Positions 1 through 8,125 of a stretch of 55,247 nucleotides of DNA are shown here, piece by piece. Position 1 is the first letter of the stretch. Each line of letters starts with the position of its first letter. Location: assembly GCA_030041075.1 (NCBI GenBank), contig JASHOP010000098.1:1-55247 (forward strand), in the 5' to 3' direction. Below the pieces are notes generated by a model that saw nothing but the letters and a program-made list of their open reading frames with translations, had not been told where the DNA came from and did no database searches. Made by a program: the position numbers and the translations under genes. Source of the stretch: Thermoplasmata archaeon (GTDB lineage: Archaea; Thermoplasmatota; Thermoplasmata; Lutacidiplasmatales; UBA184).

Positions 1-494
1 GTCACCCCGACGGGCTCCTGCGCGGCTGCATCGGCTACCCGCTGCCGGTGCTGCCGCTCCGGCTCGCCGTCGCCGGGGCGGCCGTCGCGGCGGCGTTCGA
101 CGATCCCCGGTTCCCGGCCGTGACGTCGGGCGAGCTCGCGACGGTCACGTTCGAGGTGTCGATCCTCACCGTGCCGGTCGCGATCGGCGACGCCGGCCCG
201 GGGTCCGCGGCCGACGGGATCCGGATCGGCCGGGACGGGCTGATCGTCGAGGGGCACGGGACGAGCGGCCTCCTCCTTCCGCAGGTCGCCTCCGAGCAGG
301 GGTGGACGGCCGAGCAGTTCCTCGACGGCACGTGCGAGAAGGCCGGGCTCCCTCCGGACGCCTGGCGCTCTCCCGGCGTCCGGGTGCGCCGGTTCGAGGC
401 GGAGGTGTTCGCGGAGGACGAGCCGTCGGGGCGGATCGTCCGCGTCAGCCCCGGGGCCGATCGGGAGCGCGGACGACGCGCGCCGAGAAGCTGA
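1..494 (+). CDS. AMMECR1 domain protein, C-terminal part. The 5' end lies outside the window and the first full codon starts at 3.
   Basis: The frame starting at position 3 reads HPDGLLRGCIGYPLPV and later GTSGLLLPQV, both AMMECR1-type signatures. Amino-acid composition is normal and third-position GC is high. The stop is at 492-494. Confidence 0.7.
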   Translation, partial: HPDGLLRGCIGYPLPVLPLRLAVAGAAVAAAFDDPRFPAVTSGELATVTFEVSILTVPVAIGDAGPGSAADGIRIGRDGLIVEGHGTSGLLLPQVASEQGWTAEQFLDGTCEKAGLPPDAWRSPGVRVRRFEAEVFAEDEPSGRIVRVSPGADRERGRRAPRS

Positions 495-3423
495 GCCCCT
501 CGAACGTCCACGTCCCCACGTCCGGTCCGGGGACGAGAGGGCCGTCGACGAGGTCGAGGGCGTCCGCGAGCAGCTCGCGCGCGAGCGCCTCCCGTCGGGG
601 CGCCACCGCCCGGCGGAGCGGCCCGTCGGCGTGGATCGCGACGCGGACGCGGTCGCCGTAGCGGAGCCCGATCTCCTTCCTCCGCTGCTGGAGGCGGCGG
701 GCGACCTCCCGGGCGAGTCCCTCCTCGAGGAGCTCGTCCGTGGGCCGGCGCGGCAGCGCGGCGACCGGGACGCCGTGCTCCTCCCGGACGACCCAGTCGG
801 GATCCGGGTACTGCTCCCGCCGGGCGGCCGGGACCCGGACGACCCGCCGGACGTTGAGCTCGCTCGCGAGGAGCCCGGTCGCCTCCTCGCCGAGAGGGGC
901 GAGGTCGGGCCCGGGGTCCCCGAAGACGACCAGCTCGAGCAGCGGGACCCGGGCCTTCACGCCGGCGCGCTGGCGGAGTTCCCGTCCGACCTCGACGAGC
1001 CCGCGCAGCTCGTCCATCCCCCGCTCGACCGAAACGTCCCGGCGCGCGAGCTCCGACGGCCACGGCGCGGCGTGGACCGAGCCGTCGGCCGTGGCGAACT
1101 CCCGGCCGCCGACCTCCTGGTGGATCCACTCGGCAGTGAACGGGACGAGCGGGGCGATCGCCCGGGCGAGCCCCCCGAGCGCGTACGCGAGCGTCGCGTG
1201 GGCCTGGCGCCGATCGGCCGGGTCCGTCTCCCCCCAGAACCGTGCGCGAGACCGTCGAAGGTACCACGTCGACAGGTCGTCCACGAACGCCCGGACCGCG
1301 GTCGCGCCGTCCCGCGGATCGAACGACTCGAGCGAGCGCTCGATCGCGGCGCGGGTCCCCTCGAGACGCGAGAGGAGCCAGCGGTCGAGCAGCGCGGGCG
1401 GCGACGGGCGGTCGGGGGCGGGACCGAGCCCGTCGGCGCGCGCGTTCTCGAGGTGGAAGGCGACGGCGTGCCGCAGCGTGCCGAGCGTGCGCCCGGCGAC
1501 CTTCTCGATCCCGGTCTCGCTGACGCGCATCGGCTCGGTGAAGTCGAGCGCGAGGAACCCCCACCGCGACGCGTCGCCCCCCAGGCGCTCCAGCATCGCG
1601 AGCGGCTCGAGGGCGTTCCCCCGCGACTTCGACATCTTGCGCCCCGACTCGTCGAGGACGAGACCGCTGGTGACGCACGACCGGTACGCCGGTCGGTCGA
1701 ACAGCGTCACGGCCAGCACGAGGAGGGTGTAGAACCAGCCCCGGGTCTGGTCGAGCCCCTCGGCGATGTAGTCGAGCGGAGCCGCCGGGTCGAACGGTCC
1801 GGGGTCGAACGGGTAGTGGTACTGCGCGAACGGGGCGGCTCCCGCGTCGTACCAGGCGTCGATCGTGTACGGCTCCCGTCGGGCTTCGAGGCCGCAGGTC
1901 CCGCACCGGAGGGTGAGCCGGTCGACCGTGACCCGGTGCGGGTCGAGCGGGTCCGGGAGCGGCGGCGTCGCCCGCTCCGCCAGCTCCGCGAAGCTCCCCA
2001 CGCACGTCGCGTGGCCGGCCGCGCAGATCCAGATCGGAAGCGGCGTGCCCCAGTAGCGGTTGCGGGAGAGCGCCCAGTCCTTCGCCTCGGTGAGGAAGTT
2101 CCCGAAGCGGCCGTCCCGGTAGCTCGACGGGACCCAGGCGACCGACCGGTTGTGGCGGACCAGGCCCTCGGTGACGCGCGACGTCCGCACGAACCACGAA
2201 TCCATCGCCCGGTAGAGGAGCGCCGAGTCGCAGCGCCAGCAGAACGGGTAGACGTGGCGGAGCGACTCCGACCGGTAGAGGAGCCCCCGGCTCTCGAGCT
2301 CCCGCACGAGCACCGCGTCGGCGGCCTTGAACGCCTTCCCGGCGACGAGGGGGACCCCGTCCGTGAAGTGGCCCCGCGAGTCCAGCGGGTCGAAGACGCC
2401 GACGCGCTCCCGCGCCCCGATGCGGAGGTCGTCCGGCCCGAAGCTGGGGGCGACGTGGACGAACCCGGTCCCCTCCGCCACGGTCACGAAGTCGTCGAGG
2501 ACCACCCGGTACCGTCCGGGCGCCGGCCCGGGCGTGTCGAACGGCGGCCGGTACGCACGGCCGGCGAGCTCGCGCCCGGCGAGCCGCGCGACGACGTCGG
2601 CGCCCGCGGGGAAGTACCGGGGTACCGCCGCCGACGCCAGGACGACCTCGCGGCCGTCCGCCTCCCGCACCACGGCGTACTCCGTCTCCGCGCGGGCCGC
2701 CACCAGGAGGTTCGCCGGCAGGGTCCACGGCGTGGTGGTCCAGACGAGGAGGTCCCGGGGCGTCCCGGACGCGGGGTCGAGCGGGAACCGGACCGTGACG
2801 GACGGGTCGGTGGTCTCGTGGTACCCCTGCGCCACCTCGTGCGACGAGAGCGACGTCTCGCAGCGCGGACAGTACGGAAGCACGTAATGGTCCTTCTCGA
2901 GGAGGCCGCAGTCGAACAGGGTCTTGAGCGACCACCAGACGCTCTCGATGTACGGCGGGTCCATCGTGCGGTACGCCCGGTCGTAGTCGAGCCAGTAGCC
3001 GAGGCGCCGGCTCATCGTCCGCCAGACGGAGGCGACCCGGAGCGTGTCCTCGCGGCAGGCGTCGCAGAACCGCTCGACCCCGAACGCCTCGATGTCGTGG
3101 TGCGAGCGCAGACCGTGGCGCTTCTCGATCTCGAGCTCGACCGCCAGCCCGTGGCAGTCCCAGCCCGCCATCGAGCTCACGATGCGGAACCCTTGCATCC
3201 GGCGGTAGCGCAGTTGCACGTCCTTGAGGACCCGCGCGACCAGGTGGCCGACGTGCGGGGGTCCGTTCGCCGTCGGCGGACCCTCCGTGAACCGGAAGAC
3301 GGGTCCGTCGGCCGGGCCCGCGAGCGTCCGGCCCGGGACGTCGGTTCGCTGCCAGTAGGCGAGGACCCGCTCCTGGACCGCCACCGCGGACGGGGCCCCG
3401 ACCTCCTCGGCCTCGGACGCCAC
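445..3423 (-). CDS. ileS: Isoleucyl-tRNA synthetase
   Basis: 992 aa. Carries the class I aaRS motifs PHVGH (HIGH-type) and KMSKS. WTTTPWTLPAN and PYCPRCETSLSSHEV are typical of IleRS. The apparent start is GTG. Confidence 0.9.
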   Translation of the reverse strand: MASEAEEVGAPSAVAVQERVLAYWQRTDVPGRTLAGPADGPVFRFTEGPPTANGPPHVGHLVARVLKDVQLRYRRMQGFRIVSSMAGWDCHGLAVELEIEKRHGLRSHHDIEAFGVERFCDACREDTLRVASVWRTMSRRLGYWLDYDRAYRTMDPPYIESVWWSLKTLFDCGLLEKDHYVLPYCPRCETSLSSHEVAQGYHETTDPSVTVRFPLDPASGTPRDLLVWTTTPWTLPANLLVAARAETEYAVVREADGREVVLASAAVPRYFPAGADVVARLAGRELAGRAYRPPFDTPGPAPGRYRVVLDDFVTVAEGTGFVHVAPSFGPDDLRIGARERVGVFDPLDSRGHFTDGVPLVAGKAFKAADAVLVRELESRGLLYRSESLRHVYPFCWRCDSALLYRAMDSWFVRTSRVTEGLVRHNRSVAWVPSSYRDGRFGNFLTEAKDWALSRNRYWGTPLPIWICAAGHATCVGSFAELAERATPPLPDPLDPHRVTVDRLTLRCGTCGLEARREPYTIDAWYDAGAAPFAQYHYPFDPGPFDPAAPLDYIAEGLDQTRGWFYTLLVLAVTLFDRPAYRSCVTSGLVLDESGRKMSKSRGNALEPLAMLERLGGDASRWGFLALDFTEPMRVSETGIEKVAGRTLGTLRHAVAFHLENARADGLGPAPDRPSPPALLDRWLLSRLEGTRAAIERSLESFDPRDGATAVRAFVDDLSTWYLRRSRARFWGETDPADRRQAHATLAYALGGLARAIAPLVPFTAEWIHQEVGGREFATADGSVHAAPWPSELARRDVSVERGMDELRGLVEVGRELRQRAGVKARVPLLELVVFGDPGPDLAPLGEEATGLLASELNVRRVVRVPAARREQYPDPDWVVREEHGVPVAALPRRPTDELLEEGLAREVARRLQQRRKEIGLRYGDRVRVAIHADGPLRRAVAPRREALARELLADALDLVDGPLVPGPDVGTWTFEGLSFSARVVRAPDRPRG

Positions 3424-3469
3424 GAGCGGCCGCGACGCCGCGGAGGGAAAAAAGCCCGACGAGGTCCCG

Positions 3470-4267
3470 CTACCGGCGGAGCCCCGGCGGCGGCGCGCTG
3501 CGGGATTCCGGGCCGACCCGGCTCGAGCGGTGGGACCGGATCACCGTGCCCTCGACCGCGGCGACGTGGCAGTCCCGTCCGAGGGCGAGGGTCTTCGCGC
3601 GGACGAAGCCGACGACGGCCGACGTGAGCTCGACGGTATCGGCGTCGATCCGGTCGACGGAGACGACGACGCGGCGTCCCAGGACCCGTCCGACCGGATC
3701 GGCGGGCCGCGCCTCCAGGCGGACCGAGCTCGCCTCGATCGTCCCGAACGCGGAGTCCTCGTGGAGCACGGCGTCGACCCGCTCGGCCGTCACGGTGCCC
3801 GGTACCCGGGCCTCACCCTGGATCGACAGCGCGCCGACGCGGGCCGAGCCCGCCGAAAACGACCCGCGCGCGGTCAGGAGGCGGTCGACCCGGATCTCGC
3901 CGGCCACGCGTGCATCGCCGCGAAGCTCCGCGTCCGAGGCGTGGACGGTCGAGCCCGCCCGGAGCGTGCCGACCGCGGCCAGCGACGACCGGACCTCGAC
4001 CGCTCCGGCGACCTCGAGGGTCCCGTCCGCCGAGCAGGCGTCGGCCGTGAGAGCACCCGCGACCACGAGCGTGCCGCGGATCGTGGCGGTGCCCACGTCG
4101 ACCTCGCCGAGGACCTTCGCGACGCCCGCCATCTCCCAGGTCGCCGCGCGAACGCGGTCGCGTCGGACCGTGCCCCGGTCGGAGAGCCGGCCCTGGCGCG
4201 GGGCGCTCGGCGAGGGACCGGCCGGCAGCGCGGACGGGGCGGTGGGAGACGGGGAACTCGCTGGCAC
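3470..4267 (-). CDS. Bactofilin-like (polymer-forming, beta-helical repeat) protein. The start is uncertain: GTG at 4267 or the internal Met of MAGVAKV.
   Basis: Carries repeated short G-x-V/I/L beta-strand periodicity (IRGTLVVAGALTADA.., LEVAGAVEVRSS.., ARVAGEIRVDRL.., ARVGALSIQGEARVPGTV) resembling DUF583/bactofilin repeats. Lies 6 nt downstream of the CoA-binding gene. Confidence 0.45.
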   Translation of the reverse strand: MPASSPSPTAPSALPAGPSPSAPRQGRLSDRGTVRRDRVRAATWEMAGVAKVLGEVDVGTATIRGTLVVAGALTADACSADGTLEVAGAVEVRSSLAAVGTLRAGSTVHASDAELRGDARVAGEIRVDRLLTARGSFSAGSARVGALSIQGEARVPGTVTAERVDAVLHEDSAFGTIEASSVRLEARPADPVGRVLGRRVVVSVDRIDADTVELTSAVVGFVRAKTLALGRDCHVAAVEGTVIRSHRSSRVGPESRSAPPPGLRR

Positions 4268-4273
4268 GGCCGC

Positions 4274-4705
4274 TCAGGAGGGCGACACGGGAGGGAGGCG
4301 CAGGCGGCGGTGCTGGGCCATGATGCAGAGGTTCTCGACGACCGTCGCTCCGGCCCGCCGCGCCCGGGCCGCGGCCTCCGCATTCTCCACGCCGAGCTGC
4401 ATCCAGACGGTCGGGACGCGACGGGCGAGCGCCTCGTCGACGATCGGGCCGACCTGGTCGCTCCGGCGGAAGATGTCGGCGATGTCCACCGCCACACCGG
4501 GCGGGATCGCCGCGATCGAGGGGAACGACCGCTCCCCGAGAACCTCCGCCAACGCCGGATTGACCGGCACGATCCGGTACCCCTGGGATATCAGGTAGCG
4601 GGCGACCTCGTTCGAGTCGCGATCCGGCTTGTCCGAGATCCCGACGATCGCGATCGTCCGGGCCGCTTCGAGGACGGAGCGCAGCTCGGCGTCGGAGGGA
4701 GGCAT
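4274..4705 (-). CDS. CoA-binding domain protein (YccU/YneT-like)
   Basis: 143 aa. IAIVGISDKPDRDSNEVARYL and GYRIVPVNP match the CoA_binding_2 pattern. Confidence 0.75.
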   Translation of the reverse strand: MPPSDAELRSVLEAARTIAIVGISDKPDRDSNEVARYLISQGYRIVPVNPALAEVLGERSFPSIAAIPPGVAVDIADIFRRSDQVGPIVDEALARRVPTVWMQLGVENAEAAARARRAGATVVENLCIMAQHRRLRLPPVSPS

Positions 4706-4781
4706 CGGGCCGCGAACGGGGGCCGGTTCTTGATGGTGACGGACCGAGAACCCCTAAGGACCCGGGCCGCTTCCCCGACGC

Positions 4782-5168
4782 ATGTATCTCGACTACGCGG
4801 GCGTTCGGGTAACGGACCTCCGGCGGGCGATGCGGTTCTTCACCGCGGGGCTGGGCCTGGTGGAGGCCCGTCGCGGGCGCATGCGCCACGGCGGGGTCTG
4901 GGTCCTCCTCGAGGATCGCGCCTCGGGCCAGCGCCTCGAGCTCAACTGGTACCCGGCGGGCTCGCGATACGCGACTCCGTTCGCTCCCGGCGAGGGGCTC
5001 GACCATCTCGGGGTCCGGGTCCAGAGCCTCGCCGCCGCGGGCCGGCGTCTGCGGAACGCCGGAGGGAGGAAGGTCGTCTACGTGCGCGGGCGGTCGGGAC
5101 CGGAGGTGGAGTACTACGAGGGCCCGGACGGGTTCTGGGTCGAGCTCATCCGGAGCCCCAGCGAGTAG
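4782..5168 (+). CDS. VOC (glyoxalase/bleomycin-resistance/dioxygenase) family protein
   Basis: 128 aa. LDYAGVRVTDLRRAMRFFT..LGL and LDHLGVRV..GFWVELI give the paired beta-alpha-beta-beta-beta VOC pattern. Confidence 0.65.
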   Translation: MYLDYAGVRVTDLRRAMRFFTAGLGLVEARRGRMRHGGVWVLLEDRASGQRLELNWYPAGSRYATPFAPGEGLDHLGVRVQSLAAAGRRLRNAGGRKVVYVRGRSGPEVEYYEGPDGFWVELIRSPSE

Positions 5169-5183
5169 GCGCCGATCGAGGGA

Positions 5184-6035
5184 TCATCCGGCCCCTCCCG
5201 GACCCGGGGTGCCGGAGCCGCTCGGGGGGTCCGGGAGAGACCGGAGGAGGTGGATCAGCGCGATCACCAGCCCGAGGAGAACCGGGACGTAGCGCGCGAG
5301 CAGCCCGCCGTCCGGAGAGATCAGCGTCAGGAACGCCGACGCGTCGAACGCGCCGTGGAGGAGCGCGACCACGACGAGGTTCCCCCCCGAGGCCCGGTAC
5401 GTGGCGGCGAAGGCGAACCCGACGAGAAACAGGCTCGGGAAGATGAGGGGCGCCGCGATCCCGTACGTCGTCCCGTAGTACAGGTGCACGCCGGCGAACA
5501 GCGCACTCGTCCACCCGGCGGCAACGACCCACGAGCCCGGGCGGTCCCGCCAGAATCCGTAGATCCAGCCTCGAAAGATCGTCTCCTCGATACCCCCGAT
5601 CACGAACGAGAAACCGACCCAGAACCACGGGTCCGACTGGGCCGCCACGATCGGCGGCGAGGGCCGGCTCAAAAGCTGGAGCGCGCCGGGGTCGACCGCC
5701 GCGTAGACCGCCGCCAGGATCAGCGTCACGATCAGCGCGAGCAGCGTGAGGAGTCCGTACCACCGCAGGCCCTCCCAGGCGGCGACGCCCATGCGGGCGC
5801 GCCAGCGACGCAGCGGTCCGGCGCCGACCAGCCCCGAGAAGGCGACCACCGGGATCCCGTACACGACGAGCAGGTCGCCCGAGAGGCTCGCGTAAACGGC
5901 CCGCGTCGCCGGTAGGGTCTGCGGCACGAAGTACTGGCTGAGGATCGCGAGAACCGTGACCGCGACGCCGAGCGCGTACCGAACGGTCCCGGACGGTAGG
6001 GGTGTCGCTTCGTCCGGGGCGGACGTCGCGGGCAC
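5184..6035 (-). CDS. CPBP family intramembrane glutamic endopeptidase (CAAX protease-like)
   Basis: Multi-pass hydrophobic protein carrying GGIEETIFRGW (EExxxR), FAGVHLYY (FxxxH) and LLHGAFDA (HxxxD/N). Confidence 0.8.
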   Translation of the reverse strand: MPATSAPDEATPLPSGTVRYALGVAVTVLAILSQYFVPQTLPATRAVYASLSGDLLVVYGIPVVAFSGLVGAGPLRRWRARMGVAAWEGLRWYGLLTLLALIVTLILAAVYAAVDPGALQLLSRPSPPIVAAQSDPWFWVGFSFVIGGIEETIFRGWIYGFWRDRPGSWVVAAGWTSALFAGVHLYYGTTYGIAAPLIFPSLFLVGFAFAATYRASGGNLVVVALLHGAFDASAFLTLISPDGGLLARYVPVLLGLVIALIHLLRSLPDPPSGSGTPGPGGAG

Positions 6036-6091
6036 GGGACCGCGACCGGTGGCGGCCTCATAGCCCCGGCGCGCCTCCGGAGCGGGCGGGC

Positions 6092-7903
6092 ATGGATTGC
6101 GTCGTCCTGGCCAAGGTCGTTCCCGCTCGCGATTCGCTCCGCTTCGATCCCGGGACCCGGACGGCGATCCGCGACGGCCCGGTGGTCCATCTCAATCCGT
6201 TCGACCAGCGGGCGATCCGCGTCGCTCTCGAGCTGCGCCGGGGCGGGGAGTCCGTCCGGGTCGTGTCGCTCGGGCCACCCAACGCCGTCCCGGTCCTGCG
6301 CGAGGTGCGCGCCCTCGGGGTCGATCACGTGCGCCTCCTCTCGGACCTCGCGTTCGCCGGCTCGGACGTCCTCGCCACGGCCCGGGCCCTCGCGGCCGGC
6401 GCCGGTACCCTCGGACGCGACCTCGTGCTGACCGGGGAACGGACGACCGACAGCGAGACGGGCGAGGTCGGGCCCGAGGTCGCCGCGCTCCTGGGCATGC
6501 CGGTCGTCAGCGGCGCCCGCTCGATCGCTCGGGTCGCGGGCGATCGGCTCCTCGTGGAGGTCGACACCCCGACTGGCTGGGCCCGGGTGCGGGTCCCGCT
6601 ACCCGCGGTCGTCTCGGTGGGGGAGAAGATCGCGAAACCCCTGCGGGCGACCCCCGAGGCGGTCGCCGCACTCAACGACCCGGCCGTGGAGGTCGTCGGT
6701 CCTCGCGACGTCGGGGTCGACCCGTCGCGGGTCGGTATCGCCGGCTCGCCCACCGTCGTCGCGTCGGTCCACGAGGCGGCCCCCGCGAGGGAGCCCCGGG
6801 TGTTCGCGGAGGGACCGCCGGCCGAACGCGTCCGCGCGGCGGTCGAGGCGCTCGGCCCGCTCGTCGCCGGCCCGGCGCCTCCGCCAGCCCCCCTCCCGCC
6901 CCCGCCCCATCCGCTCGCGCCGGACCGTGAGATCGCGGTCCTCGTCACCGACCCCCACGGAGAGCTCGATCCCGATTCGCTGGGGATCGTCTCCGAGGTC
7001 CGTCGCTCGCTCCCGGGGTACTGGCCCTCCGCCCTTTGGGCCGGGCCCCCGCCGAGCGAGGGAGCGACCTATCGCCTCGAGCTCGCGGGGGCCCTCGGCG
7101 GCTACCTCCTGGGTCTCGCGGGAGCCGGGTTCGACTCCGGGGCCGCCGCCGGCGCGGTGGAGCGGGCGCTCGACCTTCGCGGCGATCTGGCGGCGGCCGT
7201 GTTCCCGGGCACCCCGTTCGGCCGGGAGGTGGCGGGCCAGGTCGCCGCGCACCGGGCGCTGGGCCTCGTCGCCGACGGCGTGCGTGCGGCTCCGTCGCCC
7301 GACGGCCGGATCGTCTGGACGAAGCCGTCGTTCGGGGGCCGGACCCTCGCGACGATCCGCACGACGACCCGGCCCGGGCTCGCCACCGTCCCGCCCGGCG
7401 CGTTCGTCGCGTCGCAGGCGCCGGGGACCCCGGGAGGGCTCCGGTGGACGCGCGTCGACCTGCCGCCGACGCGTCCCCGCGTCGAGCGCGAGGCCGAGGG
7501 CCAAGAGCTGAAGCCGGGCTCCCCGGTCGACGGATCCGGGGTGGTCGTCGCGGTCGGCATGGGGATCGGGGGCCCGGACGGGATCGCCCGGCTCGCGCCG
7601 ACGCTCCGCCGCTGGGGCGCGGCGCTCACCGCGACGCGGCGCGTGGTCGACGCGGGCTGGGTGCCGCGGCAGCGCCAGGTGGGGCTCACCGGCCGCTCGT
7701 ACGCGCCGAGGCTCGCGGTCCTGCTCGGCGTCCAGGGCACGACGAACCACATGGTCGGGTGGGGCCGGGCCCGCGCGATCCTCGGGGTCAATGCCGACCG
7801 GGGCGCCCCGCTGTTCCACGCGGTCGACGTGGGGATCGTCGGGGAGCTCGACGCGATCGTCCCGGAGCTGGAGCGTCCGATCGCCCGGCTGCTCGGGCGC
7901 TGA
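6092..7903 (+). CDS. Fused electron transfer flavoprotein: EtfB-like N-terminal half joined to EtfA-like C-terminal half
   Basis: The ATG at 6092 (MDCVVLAKVVP) opens an ETF-beta-like half (NPFDQRAIRVALEL, DLVLTGERTTDSETGEVGPEVAALLGMP). A Pro-rich linker follows. The ETF-alpha-like half has VVAVGMGIG and the FAD-binding tail GWVPRQRQVGLTGRSYAPRLAVLLGVQGTTNHMVGW. Confidence 0.8.
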   Translation: MDCVVLAKVVPARDSLRFDPGTRTAIRDGPVVHLNPFDQRAIRVALELRRGGESVRVVSLGPPNAVPVLREVRALGVDHVRLLSDLAFAGSDVLATARALAAGAGTLGRDLVLTGERTTDSETGEVGPEVAALLGMPVVSGARSIARVAGDRLLVEVDTPTGWARVRVPLPAVVSVGEKIAKPLRATPEAVAALNDPAVEVVGPRDVGVDPSRVGIAGSPTVVASVHEAAPAREPRVFAEGPPAERVRAAVEALGPLVAGPAPPPAPLPPPPHPLAPDREIAVLVTDPHGELDPDSLGIVSEVRRSLPGYWPSALWAGPPPSEGATYRLELAGALGGYLLGLAGAGFDSGAAAGAVERALDLRGDLAAAVFPGTPFGREVAGQVAAHRALGLVADGVRAAPSPDGRIVWTKPSFGGRTLATIRTTTRPGLATVPPGAFVASQAPGTPGGLRWTRVDLPPTRPRVEREAEGQELKPGSPVDGSGVVVAVGMGIGGPDGIARLAPTLRRWGAALTATRRVVDAGWVPRQRQVGLTGRSYAPRLAVLLGVQGTTNHMVGWGRARAILGVNADRGAPLFHAVDVGIVGELDAIVPELERPIARLLGR

Positions 7904-8125
7904 TCAGACCGGCCGGCCCGTCGCCCGCTCGGCCGCCCCCAGGCACGCGAGGAGGTCGTCCAGGGTGGCGCGCGCGCTCGACGCGGACGGGGCGGTGAGC
8001 CGCACCGTGAGCGACGCTCCGTCGGCCCGTAGGACGACGAAGTCGGGCGTGTCCGCCCGGACCGCGTCGCGCAGGGCCCGCGCCGCGCGCGGCGAGCGGC
8101 ACGCCCGCCGGACGACGACGGTCAC
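7904..8125 (-). CDS. Pcc1-like (KEOPS subunit family) small protein. Not resolved as its own ORF in the track.
   Basis: The 73-aa frame starts at a GTG that overlaps the DUF1028 stop (GTGA). ADGASLTVRLTAPSASSARATLDDLLACLGAAE follows the Pcc1 pattern (x-I-x-A-x-D-x-SALR-x-x-x-NS-x-L). The stop abuts the ETF stop (TGATCA). Confidence 0.45.
   Translation of the reverse strand: MTVVVRRACRSPRAARALRDAVRADTPDFVVLRADGASLTVRLTAPSASSARATLDDLLACLGAAERATGRPV

Noticed and set aside
445-494. Convergent 3'-end overlaps of 50 nt occur twice: AMMECR1/IleRS here and LysK/pirin at 28529-28578. The abutting or overlapping stops are palindromic, TGATCA at 7901-7906 and CTAG at 18836-18839.
   Set aside because: The likeliest cause is rare stop codons, which let non-conserved C-terminal tails run into the neighbouring gene. 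The equal 50-nt length looks coincidental. I see no evidence of antisense regulation from sequence alone.
35-3627. Two ~1000-aa ORFs (35-2935 minus, 631-3627 plus) overlap the IleRS gene in other frames.
   Set aside because: Their translations are overwhelmingly Arg/Pro/Gly/Asp with no family motifs. The 445-3423 frame has unmistakable IleRS motifs. These are stop-codon-depleted shadow ORFs typical of very GC-rich DNA.
7127-7138. tRNA T-arm-like strings: GGGTTCGACTCC here, and GGTTCGAAACC at 51580-51590.
   Set aside because: Both lie inside well-supported CDS (ETF and NiCoT). The flanking bases do not form acceptor, T, anticodon or D stems. I could support no tRNA anywhere in the window.
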